In this document: positions 54,150 through 64,000 of the stretch, piece by piece
How the letters are laid out: each line of letters starts with the position of its first letter
Position numbering within the stretch: the first letter of the stretch is position 1
DNA from: Camelus dromedarius
Lineage: Eukaryota
Direction of reading: 5' to 3'
DNA: 64,000 bases
NCBI RefSeq assembly: GCF_036321535.1
Contig: NC_087437.1
Coordinates: forward strand, 32,676,001 to 32,740,000
Translations under genes and position numbers: made by a program
The notes under the pieces: generated by a model
Told to the model about the DNA's origin: nothing
Database searches by the model: none
Seen by the model: only the letters and a program-made list of their open reading frames with translations

Positions 54150-54350
54150 GAGGGTTTAGCAAATTAGAGTTTACTGGCTTGCTGCCTGTTATTGTAAATA
54201 AAGTTTTATTGGAACACAGCCATGCTCACTTGTTCATGTTTTGTATGTGGCTGCTTTTCTGCTATAGTAATGAAGTTTAGTAGTTGCTATAGAGACCTCA
54301 TGGCCTATATTTACTGTCTGTCTCTTTAAGAAAAAGTTTGCTGATTGTTG
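54150..54350. mobile_element. MER58-like hAT MITE nested in an MLT1-type fragment (~54100-54545)
   Basis: Core gtaaataaagttttattggaacacagccatgctc; degenerate 8-bp TSD ttctagag/tcctagac. Confidence 0.75.
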
Positions 54351-55393
54351 TCCTAGACCATCTATCTGTTCCCAAGCCATCAGGTGACTCAACTGATCTC
54401 GCTGACTGCTGAGATTAGTTGCCATCTGAGACCGGATAAAACTTCTAGCTGACACAGAAAATTATGAGGAATAGTAAATAATAGATGTTTGTGTTTTCAG
54501 CTTCAAAGTTTAGGGCAGTTAATTATGCAACAAAAATTAACTGATAGAAACTGAAATGGTTTTTCCAATGTGATTTGTTTAAGTTGCTCAAATTTTGGCA
54601 TCTGTATTAAAGCATCTCATAATTTTTATTCTTTTCATTTATAGATTAAAAGAACTTTAACAAAGTTGTTTCATAAATTTTACTTTATTCAAATGATGAA
54701 CATAGAAAAGGGTTTATTTTATTAACTGATTACTATTCATTTAAATTGTAGTGTTTGCAATTTTATCATTTTCTGGTGCAAGTGCCTCAGAATTTGGTAT
54801 CTAGATAACAACCACATTTAGTTTCTTGGCTGTACAACTTGTAACTAGTGTATTAGTTACATATTAGAGGATATACCAAGTGGGTAGAACTGCTCAGAAA
54901 ATTTTGGGGTGTTTTATTGGATTCCTTGTATAGCTAATGTGAGCATTTGAATATATATTTTTTAAAACTTTTCCTAGTTTAAAAGTATTGTTACTATATT
55001 TTTGTTTTGATTGCCATTAAAAAAGAAAGTATTTGAGAAGATTCAGAATTACATTCTGAAAGGAACTTGGCTTTAGCCCCAGGTGCTTCTCTTGTTTTAC
55101 CTAATGACTGGGGTGGGTTTATTCCTCCTGGTCAAACTTCAAGTCTTTTTCATTATGAGCCTCAGTTTCTACAAGAGAATGCTACTTCTCTCTCCGTCTA
55201 GGTTGACTATTACAATAAAGGTTTCTGTACCTACAGCAACTACATAGAATAGCTGCCCACCAGGGATATAATCTCACACACACTGCAATGCAGAACTTTT
55301 CAAAAGCTTTGCTGAGAAGAACCACGTATGGAGGAATGCTTGAAAGACACAGAGTATTTGTTTCTTTCTTAGTTTAAAATCCACCCTTTATTT

Positions 55394-56524
55394 TATTTTT
55401 ATTTTTATTTTTCTGAGGAACAGCTCATTTATTAAGGGCATTTGGATTAATTCAAGTTTCAAGTTGGCTGTCTTTTTTTTTTTTAACATTTTTTATTGAT
55501 TTATAATCATTTTACAATGTTGTGTCAAATTCCAGTGTTCAGCACAATTTTTCAGTCATTCGTGGACATATACACGCTCATTGTCACATTTTTTTCTCTG
55601 TGAGTTATCATAACATTTTGTGTATATTTCCCTGTGCTATACAGTGTAATCTTGTTTATCTATTCTACAATTTTGAAATCCCAGTCTATCCCTTCCCACC
55701 CTCCACCCCCCTGGTAACCACAAGTCTGTATTCTCTGTCTGTGAGTCTATTTCTGTCCTGTATTTACGCTTTGTTTTTGTTTTTTAGATTCCACATATGA
55801 GCGATCTCATATGGTATTTTTCTTTCTCTTTCCGGCTTACTTCACTTCGAGTGACATTCTCCAGGAGCATCCATGTTGCTGCAAATGGCATTATGTTGTC
55901 GTTTTTTATGGCTGAGTAGTATTCCATTCTATAAATATACCACTTCTTCTTTATCCAGTCACCTGTTGATGGACATTTCGGCTGTTTCCATGTTTTGGCT
56001 ATTGTAAATAGTGCTGCTATGAACATTGGGGTGCAGGTGTCATCCTGAAGTAGATTTCCTTCTGGATACAAGCCCAGGAGTGGGATTCCTGGGTCATATG
56101 GTAATTCTATTCCTAGTCTTTTGAGGAATCTCCACACTGTTTTCCATAGTGGCTGCACCAAACTGCATTCCCACCAGCAGTGTAGGAGGGTTCCCTTTCT
56201 CCACAGCCTCTCCAGCATTTGTCATTTGTGGATTTTTGAATGACGGCCATTCTGACTGGTGTGAGGTGATACCTCATTGTAGTTTTGATTTGCATTTCTC
56301 TGATAATTAGTGATATTGAGCATTTTTTCATGTGCTTTTTGATCATTTGTATGTCTTCCTTGGAGAATTGCTTGTTTAGGTCTTCTGCCCATTTTTGGAT
56401 TGGGTTGTTTATTTTTTTCTTATTGAGTCATATGAGCTGCTTATATATTCTGGAGATCAAGCCTTTGTCGGTTTCACTTGCAAAAATTTTCTCCCATTCT
56501 GTAGATTTTCTTCTTGTTTTACTT
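55394..56524 (-). mobile_element. Young lineage-specific L1, 5'-truncated, with 3' transduction and 12-bp TSD
   Basis: Near-intact ORF2 C-terminus (KCWRGCGE / [10 protein letters not shown]...ICGI*, one frameshift); TSD CACCCTTTATTT at 55382-55393 and 56525-56536. Confidence 0.92.
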
Positions 56525-57049
56525 CACCCTTTATTTAAGCCTGAATCTTATATCTGGACTCATCATATTGACCTTCTCTGGAATTGATTTTACTGATTGT
56601 TTTTTGGCATGTGGCCTGTATTTAGGGAAGTTGCTGAAAATTGCTCTGTTATATTCATTAGAGAGTTTATTTTAAGAATGATCTCAGGGTCAGGGATAGT
56701 TGTATCTGATTTGATAACCTGGTTCATTTTTATTCTATGAACATTATGTTTTTCCTTTTTTAAAATTAGCTGTTGGAAAGCTTGAAGCCAGATTTTTGGT
56801 ATAATTCTAGCAAGTGTAAGGGCCTTATGTTCTGATTTACATATTAACCTCTTTCGTGGTTCTGTCTCATTTTTCTTCTCTTCTTTTGTTCTTCCTTTTC
56901 AAGTTTTTATCTTACTTTATTTTATATATATTTATATGTAATATAATATATTTATATGTAATATAAATGTATAGGAATAATATGTGAGTGTATAAATAAG
57001 AAATTATACATATGAAATCCTTTGGACTTATGGCACTTGGAGGATATAT

Positions 57050-58530
57050 AGTGTGTCGACTTGAAAAGATAGAAGTCTACTAAGCCTGTCTCTCCCACTG
57101 ATTACTACTAAGCCTCCTGGACAAAATGCTAAAAGAAGCTACTTTACGTCTTGGAAACAGTAGCAGGTAGATTGAAGAAGACAGTCAAAACTTGAAGGAA
57201 TGACCCGCATGTGCTGAGCTGCCAATTTTTATTTCCTCTTTATTGTCCCAGATTTGAATCAGGGAAGTCCCCTTTGCAGAACTGCACAGTGGGCAGGGGC
57301 AGCAAAACCTCCTAGAGAAACGTCATATTTCTAGCTAGAAGAATGGAAGGCACTGTAGGGGGATCCTTGTTTTTTGGTGTTTTTTCCCCTCACTTTTCCC
57401 CTTGGTTCTGATTTGGGGCAGCCCCAAATATGGACTTTGGCATCTGTTATTTTTTTTTTTTTTTTCATCTTTTCTCTCATTGCTTTGTTTGCCGTAAGAG
57501 ACATCCTGTCCATGTAGAACTGCATGATGGCAGCACAGGCTGCTAAAACTCTAAGGAAAACCCCATCTTTTTCGCCAGAGGACTGGAAAAAGGATTTCTT
57601 GGGAGCTAGAGAGTATGGAGGTAATCCCAGAAAGGGAGAACTAGAGAAAGAAGTCCTCTTATTTTGTGTATGACTGGCTGAAGGGCTGGGCTTACCTCTG
57701 AGGTGCACATGAATAGACAGACTCAAAGCAGCATAACAAAAGCTTCAAAAACTGAACTGACATTGGAACCACAACCCACAGAAAGTGAGGCAGAACTTTT
57801 GATCTAAACCTAACCAGGTTAATTGACTGCTAAAACAACCAACAAAATCATTCTGCAGAGGGTTTTAACAGGACCTAGAGTCTTGCAACATTATGTTCAC
57901 AATGTCCAGGATATAAGCCAAAAGTACTCAGCATACCATGAATCAGAAAAATGTGACCAGTATTTGAGGGAAAAGACAACCAAGAGATGCTGACTCCAAA
58001 ATGAACCAGATTTTGGCATTAAAGTCAGATGAAGTCTTTAAAATAGCTATTATAACTGTGTATGTGAGGTAAAGGTAAATGCTTTAGAAAGGAACAAAAA
58101 GAACTTCTCAGCAGAAAAATAGAAACTACAAAAGAGAACCCACTGGAAATTATAGAACTGAAAAATATAACAGAAGTAAAAAATTTACTGAATGGGCTAA
58201 ATATTAGAATGGAAATGACAAAGAAGAGTCAGTGAACTTGAAGATAGGTAAACAGAAATAATCTAGTCAAAAATAATGAGAAAAATATTAAAAAGCAATG
58301 AATGAAAACCCAGAAACTTGTGGAACAATTAAATCTAACATGCATATAATTAATAGCCCCAGAATGAGAAAAGAGATTCTAACAGAAAACATGTATCAAT
58401 AAGAAGTGTCCAAAAATTTCCCAAGATTTCTAAAATACAAACATTTTATGATTAAGAAGCTCAGTGAACACCAAACAGGGTAAGTTCAAAGAAAACCATA
58501 CTTAGACGTATCTTAATGAAACTGCTAAAA
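57050..58530 (+). mobile_element. Old L1M 5'UTR/ORF1 fragment, sense to RSRC1
   Basis: A-rich degenerate ORF1-like sequence (gaagagtcagtgaacttgaagatagg...agaagctcagtgaacaccaaacagg). Confidence 0.6.
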
Positions 58531-59770
58531 CATATGAAGGAGATTGTTTAATTCACTTTACTAGTGAATTAAATATTTATCTTTTTGATATGTATTTAGT
58601 GTACTTTGCCACTCAAATATGAATTAATATATTTTCTATTGTGTTTAACTGGGAAAAATAAGAATGAGGAAAATAGTATTTCTTTTTCTTTTATGCAATT
58701 ATGAAGATAATTTTTTAAAGAACAACTTTTGCATGTTGTAGTAAGTGAGACATTTAAAGAAAAGAAATATGTTAGCAGTGCATTTCTACTCCCAGCTTAC
58801 TCATAGTTGGTAGTTGGTTGATTTAATTGACCACTCTAGATTAAAAAGGTTAGTTAACATATGTTTGTTCACATTTTAATTCAGGGAATGCATTTTTGGA
58901 CCATTGGAAAGCTCCTGAAATTAAATAGTTATTCACAGGTTGTTTTTAAAATGTTTAATCTCTGTTTTTAATGTTAAAGATAATTGGTAGTCTTTATTTG
59001 AAGTTCATTGTAATTATTTTAACACTTTAAGGTTAACATTTAAATGTATATGATTGGTGGGGCTGGAGCATATGGATCATTTGCTTATAACTCAGTCCTT
59101 CAGTGTCTAGTTCAGTTTCCCTAGCTGTGCAGAAACTGATGATTTAAGAAAGTAGGTACATAATTCTGATTAAGCATGAACTTGAAATGATACTTATTTT
59201 TGAGAAAATCATAATTGTTACCAGTATCCAAATGTTACTGACATTTTAAGGATAACCTCAAGGTTACATTCTCTAGAAAGCCTTCCCTGACCACTATGCT
59301 TGCTTCCTATTCAGATTTTTTATGTATATAAAACATATCACTGAATATACATTAAGAATTAACCAAAAAGTTAAACATAAATTTACCATATGAATCAGCA
59401 TTTCCACTCTTAGGGATTGACCCAAGAGAAATGAGAACATGTATCTACACAAAGACTTGCAGACACATGTTCTCAGCAGCATTAATAATAGTCTAAAGAA
59501 TATCCACCAACTGTTGAATGGATAAAAAATGTGGTATATTCATATGGGGAAATATTATTCAGGAATAAAAAGGTGCAAGCTGCTGGTATGTGCTATGACT
59601 TAGGTGGACCTCAGAAACATTATGCTCAGTAAAAGAAACCAGATACAAGAGATTACATATTGTATGACTCGATTTATATGAGATGTTCAGAAAAGGCAAA
59701 TCTGTAAAGACAACATAGATTAGTGATTGCTTAAGGTGAGGTGGGAATAGGGATTAACAGTGAATGATTA

Positions 59771-61250
59771 GAGGCCAAAACCAGACAAAGATATCACAAG
59801 AAAAGCAAATTACAGGCCAATATCTCTAATGAACATAGATGCAAAAATCCTTAACAAAATACTAGCAGACAGAGATTCTCAACAATATGCTAAAAGGATC
59901 ATACACCACAATCAAGTGGGATTTATCCTATGGATGGAAGGATTTTTCAATATCCACAAATCAATGAGTGTGATACACCACATTAACAAATTGAAGAATA
60001 AAAACCATATGATCATCTCAATAATTGCAGAAAAAGCTTTTGATAAACTTCAACATCCATTTTTGATAAAAACTCTCCAGAAAGTGGGCATAAAAGGAAC
60101 ATAATTCAACAAAATAAACGCCATATATGAGAAACCCACAGCTAATGTCAAAGTCAGTGGTGAAAAGCTGAAAGCATTTGACAAAGATTCCCGCTCTTGA
60201 CACTTTTATTCAACATAGTTTTGGGAATTCCAGACACAGCAATCAGAGAAGAAAAATAAAAGGAATCCAAGTTGGAAAAGAAATAAAACTGTCACTTTTT
60301 GCAGATGACATGATACTGTACATAGAAAATCCTAAAGATGCTACCAGAAAACTACTGGAGCTCATTAATGAATTCAGCAAAGTTGCAGCGTACACAGTTA
60401 ATATACAGAAGTCTTGCATTTCTGTACACTAGCAATGAAATATTAGAAGAAGAAATTATGGAAACAATCTCATTTTCCATTTCATCAAAATAATAAAATA
60501 CCTAAGAATAAACCTACCTAAGGAGGCAAAAGACCTGTGCTCTTAAAACTGTAAGATGCTGATGAAAGAAATTGAAGATGACACAAACAAATGGAAAGAT
60601 ATACCCTGTTCTTGGATTGGAAGAATCAGTGATGTTAAAATGGCCATAGTACCCAAAGCAATCTACAAATTGAATGTAATCCCTATCAAATTACCAGTGG
60701 CATTTTTCACAGAACTAGAGCCAAAAATATACAATGGAATATTACTTAACCATAAAAGAAGAATGAAATAATGCCATTTGCAGTGACATGGATGGACCTA
60801 GAGATTATTGTACTAAGTAAAGTCAGAAAGAGAAAGACAAATATCATATAATACCACTTATATGTGGAATCAAAAAAAAATGATACAAATGAACTTATTT
60901 ATAAACCATAAATAGACTTAACAGACATAGAAAACAAACTTATGGTTACCCAAGGGGAAAGTGGGGAAGGGATAAATTAGGAGTTTAGGACTAACATATA
61001 CATGCTATTATATATAGAGTAGGTAAACAACAAGGACCTATTGTATAACAAAGGGAATTATATTCAATATCTTGTAAAAACCTGTAATGGAAAAGAATCT
61101 GAAAAAGAATATATGTATATATATAGGTTTGTGTGTGTGTGTGTATGTGTGTGTGTATATCTATCTTATCTATCTATCTATATCTGAATAACTTTGCCGT
61201 ACACGTGAAACTAACATCACATTGTAAATCAACTATAATTCAATAAAAGA
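59771..61250 (+). mobile_element. L1 ORF2 RT fragment plus 3'UTR with an internal deletion near 60725, nested in an older L1 3' end (~59350-61450)
   Basis: RT motifs [21 protein letters not shown] and [15 protein letters not shown]; the 3'UTR ends in AATAAA at ~61242. Confidence 0.92.
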
Positions 61251-61669
61251 AATTCAGAAGCAGGGCAAAAAAGACTTCCCCAAAACAAACAAACAGAAAA
61301 TAGTAGATGAATATGAGGGATCTTTTGGGGTGATTAAGATGTTCTAAAATTGATTTATGGTGGTGATTGCACAACTTAGTAAATTTACTAAAAAGTCATT
61401 GTACACATAAAGTGGATGAATTTTATAATATGAAATAAAGTTATTAAAAAAGAAAAAAAAACCCCAAAGTGTGAGATATCTCACCATTGGCATTGTAGCC
61501 ACAAAAGACTTAGCTTAATGCTTGGAATTTTGATAGGTACTTAATAAAGGGTTGATTAAAGTTTTAAGTAATGAGCTTTCAAAATTGAACCAAGCCTATT
61601 ACCTAGGAAAATAGTCCAGAAAGATGACGCCCAATAAGTAAGATAGATTAAGTTTATTTATTTGCTTAC

Positions 61670-63870
61670 AGCTTTTTATTCAGGAGATAACAGATAAAAG
61701 TGCAGAAGTCTTAAGTGTTCAGCGAAATGAATTATCACAGAAAGCCTATTTGTTTAAACACTACTGAAGTCAAGAAATAGAACATTAAGAATACCCTTCA
61801 ATCCCTGCTCATCTTTCAGCTTAATGCCAAACTATTTTACAAATTGTTTTATACTCATTTAAGTTCTCACTAGCGATGTATGAGACTTCCTGGTGGTCCA
61901 CATCCCTACGAGCATTTGATATTATCAGTTATTTTAACCATTTTGATGGATATGTAGTAGCATCTCTGTGGGTTTTAATTTTATTCTCCTGTTGTCTAAT
62001 TGAGCATATTTTCATGCATTTGTTGGCAGTTTGGATATTCTCTTTTATGAAATGCCTGTTTGAATCTTTTGGCTATTGTTTTATATTAGAAAGTTGGTTT
62101 TTTTAATGATTTGTAGAAGTTTTTAAGTTTAAAAAAAAATATATTCTGGTTATAAGCTCTTTGTATGTTAATATGTATTTCAAGTATCTTCCACTCTCTG
62201 GCTTGTCTTTTTACTCTTATAATAGTCTTTTGATATTCAGGACTTTCTAATTTTAATGTAGCTTTTCCTTTGTGGGTGGTTAGTACGTTTTGTATCTTTT
62301 TAAAGAAATTGTTGTCTACTAAAACATCATGAAGAAAATTTATTAGAAACTCTATTGTTGTACCTTTACATTTAAATCTGGAACTTACTTTTATGTAAAG
62401 TAGCATGGTGTGAAGTTTTTTGTCTTTGTTTTTTAATAGTCATCTAGTTGACCTAGTACTTCTTATTGAAAAGACTTCTCTTTTCACTGCTTGTTAGGGC
62501 TCTTGTTCTAATCAAGTGCCCACATATGCATGGGTCTTACGAATTCTCTATTCTGTTCCATTAATCTATTTTTCTGTCCTTAACACTAATACTACACTGT
62601 CTTAATTAATTCCTGGTGCTTAAATGAACTCTTGATATCAGATAAAATTTTTCTATCTAGTTGTTTTTCCATAAGAATATGTTGGCTAATTTTGACCACT
62701 TGTAAATCTGTGTAGTTTTTAGAATCATCTTGCCTATTTCTAAAAAAAAAAAAAAAAAAAAAAGGACAATCTGGCATTTTTGATTAGGTTTTATTGATTC
62801 TATAATAGTCAATATGGAGAGAATTGACATCTGATATTCAATTTTTGTGTGGTAGGAGTTTGTTCATTTAATTTAATTTTTCAGATTTAGTCACTGGGAG
62901 TTGTTTCTAATACCTTCTTGACATTGTAGATTCTGCTGTGATGATCCCTTTTCCATTTTTGATAGTATTTATGTGAGGCTTCTCTCTATTTCTCTTGATC
63001 AGTCTCATCAAGGACTCATCAATTTTCTTTTGGCTTTACTGACCTTTCTTTTGCTTATTTCCTAATCATTAGTTTTGCTTGAATTGTTACTTTCTTCCTC
63101 TTTTCTTTTCATTTAATTTGCTGTTCATTTTTTAATGAATTCTTGAGATGGATGCTTAAATCATTGTTTATTCTAATATATTCATTTAAAGCTATACATT
63201 TTACTTTAAGTACAACTTTAACTGTATCCAGGTAGTATCCTTATCATTTTATTAAGCATATTTTCTTATCTCCATTTTGATATTTTCTTAGACCCATCAT
63301 TTAGAAATGAATTTTGAAATTTCTGAACATAAAGTTTTTTTTTCTAGTTTTATCTTTCTGTTATTATTGTCAAGCATAATTTTAATTCATTTTTTTTGCT
63401 CAGAAAACATATTTTGAACACTTTGAACCCTTTGACATTTGTTGAGATTCCTCCATGGTCCAACATACGGCCAATTTTTGTAAATGGTGGTATGTGTTTT
63501 AAAGGAATGTGTATATTTTTAATTATTAGTAGAAATGTTTTCCATGTACTGATAAGGTCAAATTTGTTAATCTTGTTCAGATATTCTGTTACCTTACTGA
63601 TCTTTTTGTCTTACTTGTTCTCACTAAGAATTGTGTTAAATTTTCTCCTTGCTTTGTATTAATATATCTTGAAACTGTATTATTATGTATGCCTACAAAT
63701 ACAGAATTGTAATTATCTTGAGCTTTTTCTCATTATAAAATGTCCATCTTCTGCTGTAGTAAATGCTTTCAGTTGTAAAATCTAGATTGTCTGATGTGAA
63801 TATTTTGCTTAGTGTTTGTTTGCCTGGTAGAGCTTTTCCTATACTATCGAACTTTGTATGCTCTTGCATT
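61670..63870 (-). mobile_element. Ancient degraded L1M fragments
   Basis: T-rich, L1-like motifs (ttgagcatattttcatgcatttgttggc). Confidence 0.6.
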
Positions 63871-63879
63871 TTATATTTG

Positions 63880-64000
63880 TTTCTTTTCTTTTCTTTTAAA
63901 TTTTATTTTATTGAGTTATAGTCAGTTTACAATGTTGTATCAATTTCCAGTGTAGAGCACAATTTTTCAGTTATACATGAACATACATATATTCATTGTC
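63880..64000 (-). mobile_element. Young L1 3' end (runs off the window)
   Basis: Same 3'UTR type as the copies at ~14300 and ~55485. Confidence 0.85.

Noticed and set aside
59829..60771. Active reverse transcriptase gene
   Set aside because: Frameshifted, truncated and internally deleted L1 ORF2.
15024..64000. RSRC1 exon 4
   Set aside because: No further RS/RE-rich exon with splice sites was recognised; it probably lies beyond the window.

Overview
This window is mammalian genomic DNA, probably camelid. That call rests on a tRNA-Ala-like SINE resembling vic-1, cetartiodactyl-type L1s, and no recognisable Alu, BovB/Bov-tA or PRE-1. It covers the head-to-head SHOX2/RSRC1 locus. On the minus strand are SHOX2 coding exon 1 (1269-1611), its 5'UTR and a TATA-containing CpG-island promoter. 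On the plus strand are the RSRC1 CpG promoter, non-coding exon 1 (~5704-5838), coding exons 2 (13958-14153) and 3 (14898-15023), and ~49 kb of intron 3; exon 4 was not found in the window. Intron 3 holds a dense, mostly antisense L1 block (~18.4-36.4 kb), MaLR LTRs, hAT and Tigger fossils, and repeat-poor segments rich in homeodomain motifs that may be SHOX2 enhancers. The most notable observations are: a TSD-bounded ORF1-only (HAL1-like) composite retroelement; an L1 3' transduction with a double tail; an orphan poly(A)-tailed retro-insert; a tiny twin-priming inversion; an overlapping uORF on the SHOX2 start; a degenerate counterpart of a human SHOX2 cassette exon; a homeodomain palindrome in the SHOX2 promoter; and an architecture favouring an RSRC1 exon 2-3 circRNA. 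No CRISPR or prokaryotic-type system was seen, and most track ORFs are spurious or TE remnants. Repeat family names and cross-species comparisons are from memory, not database searches.
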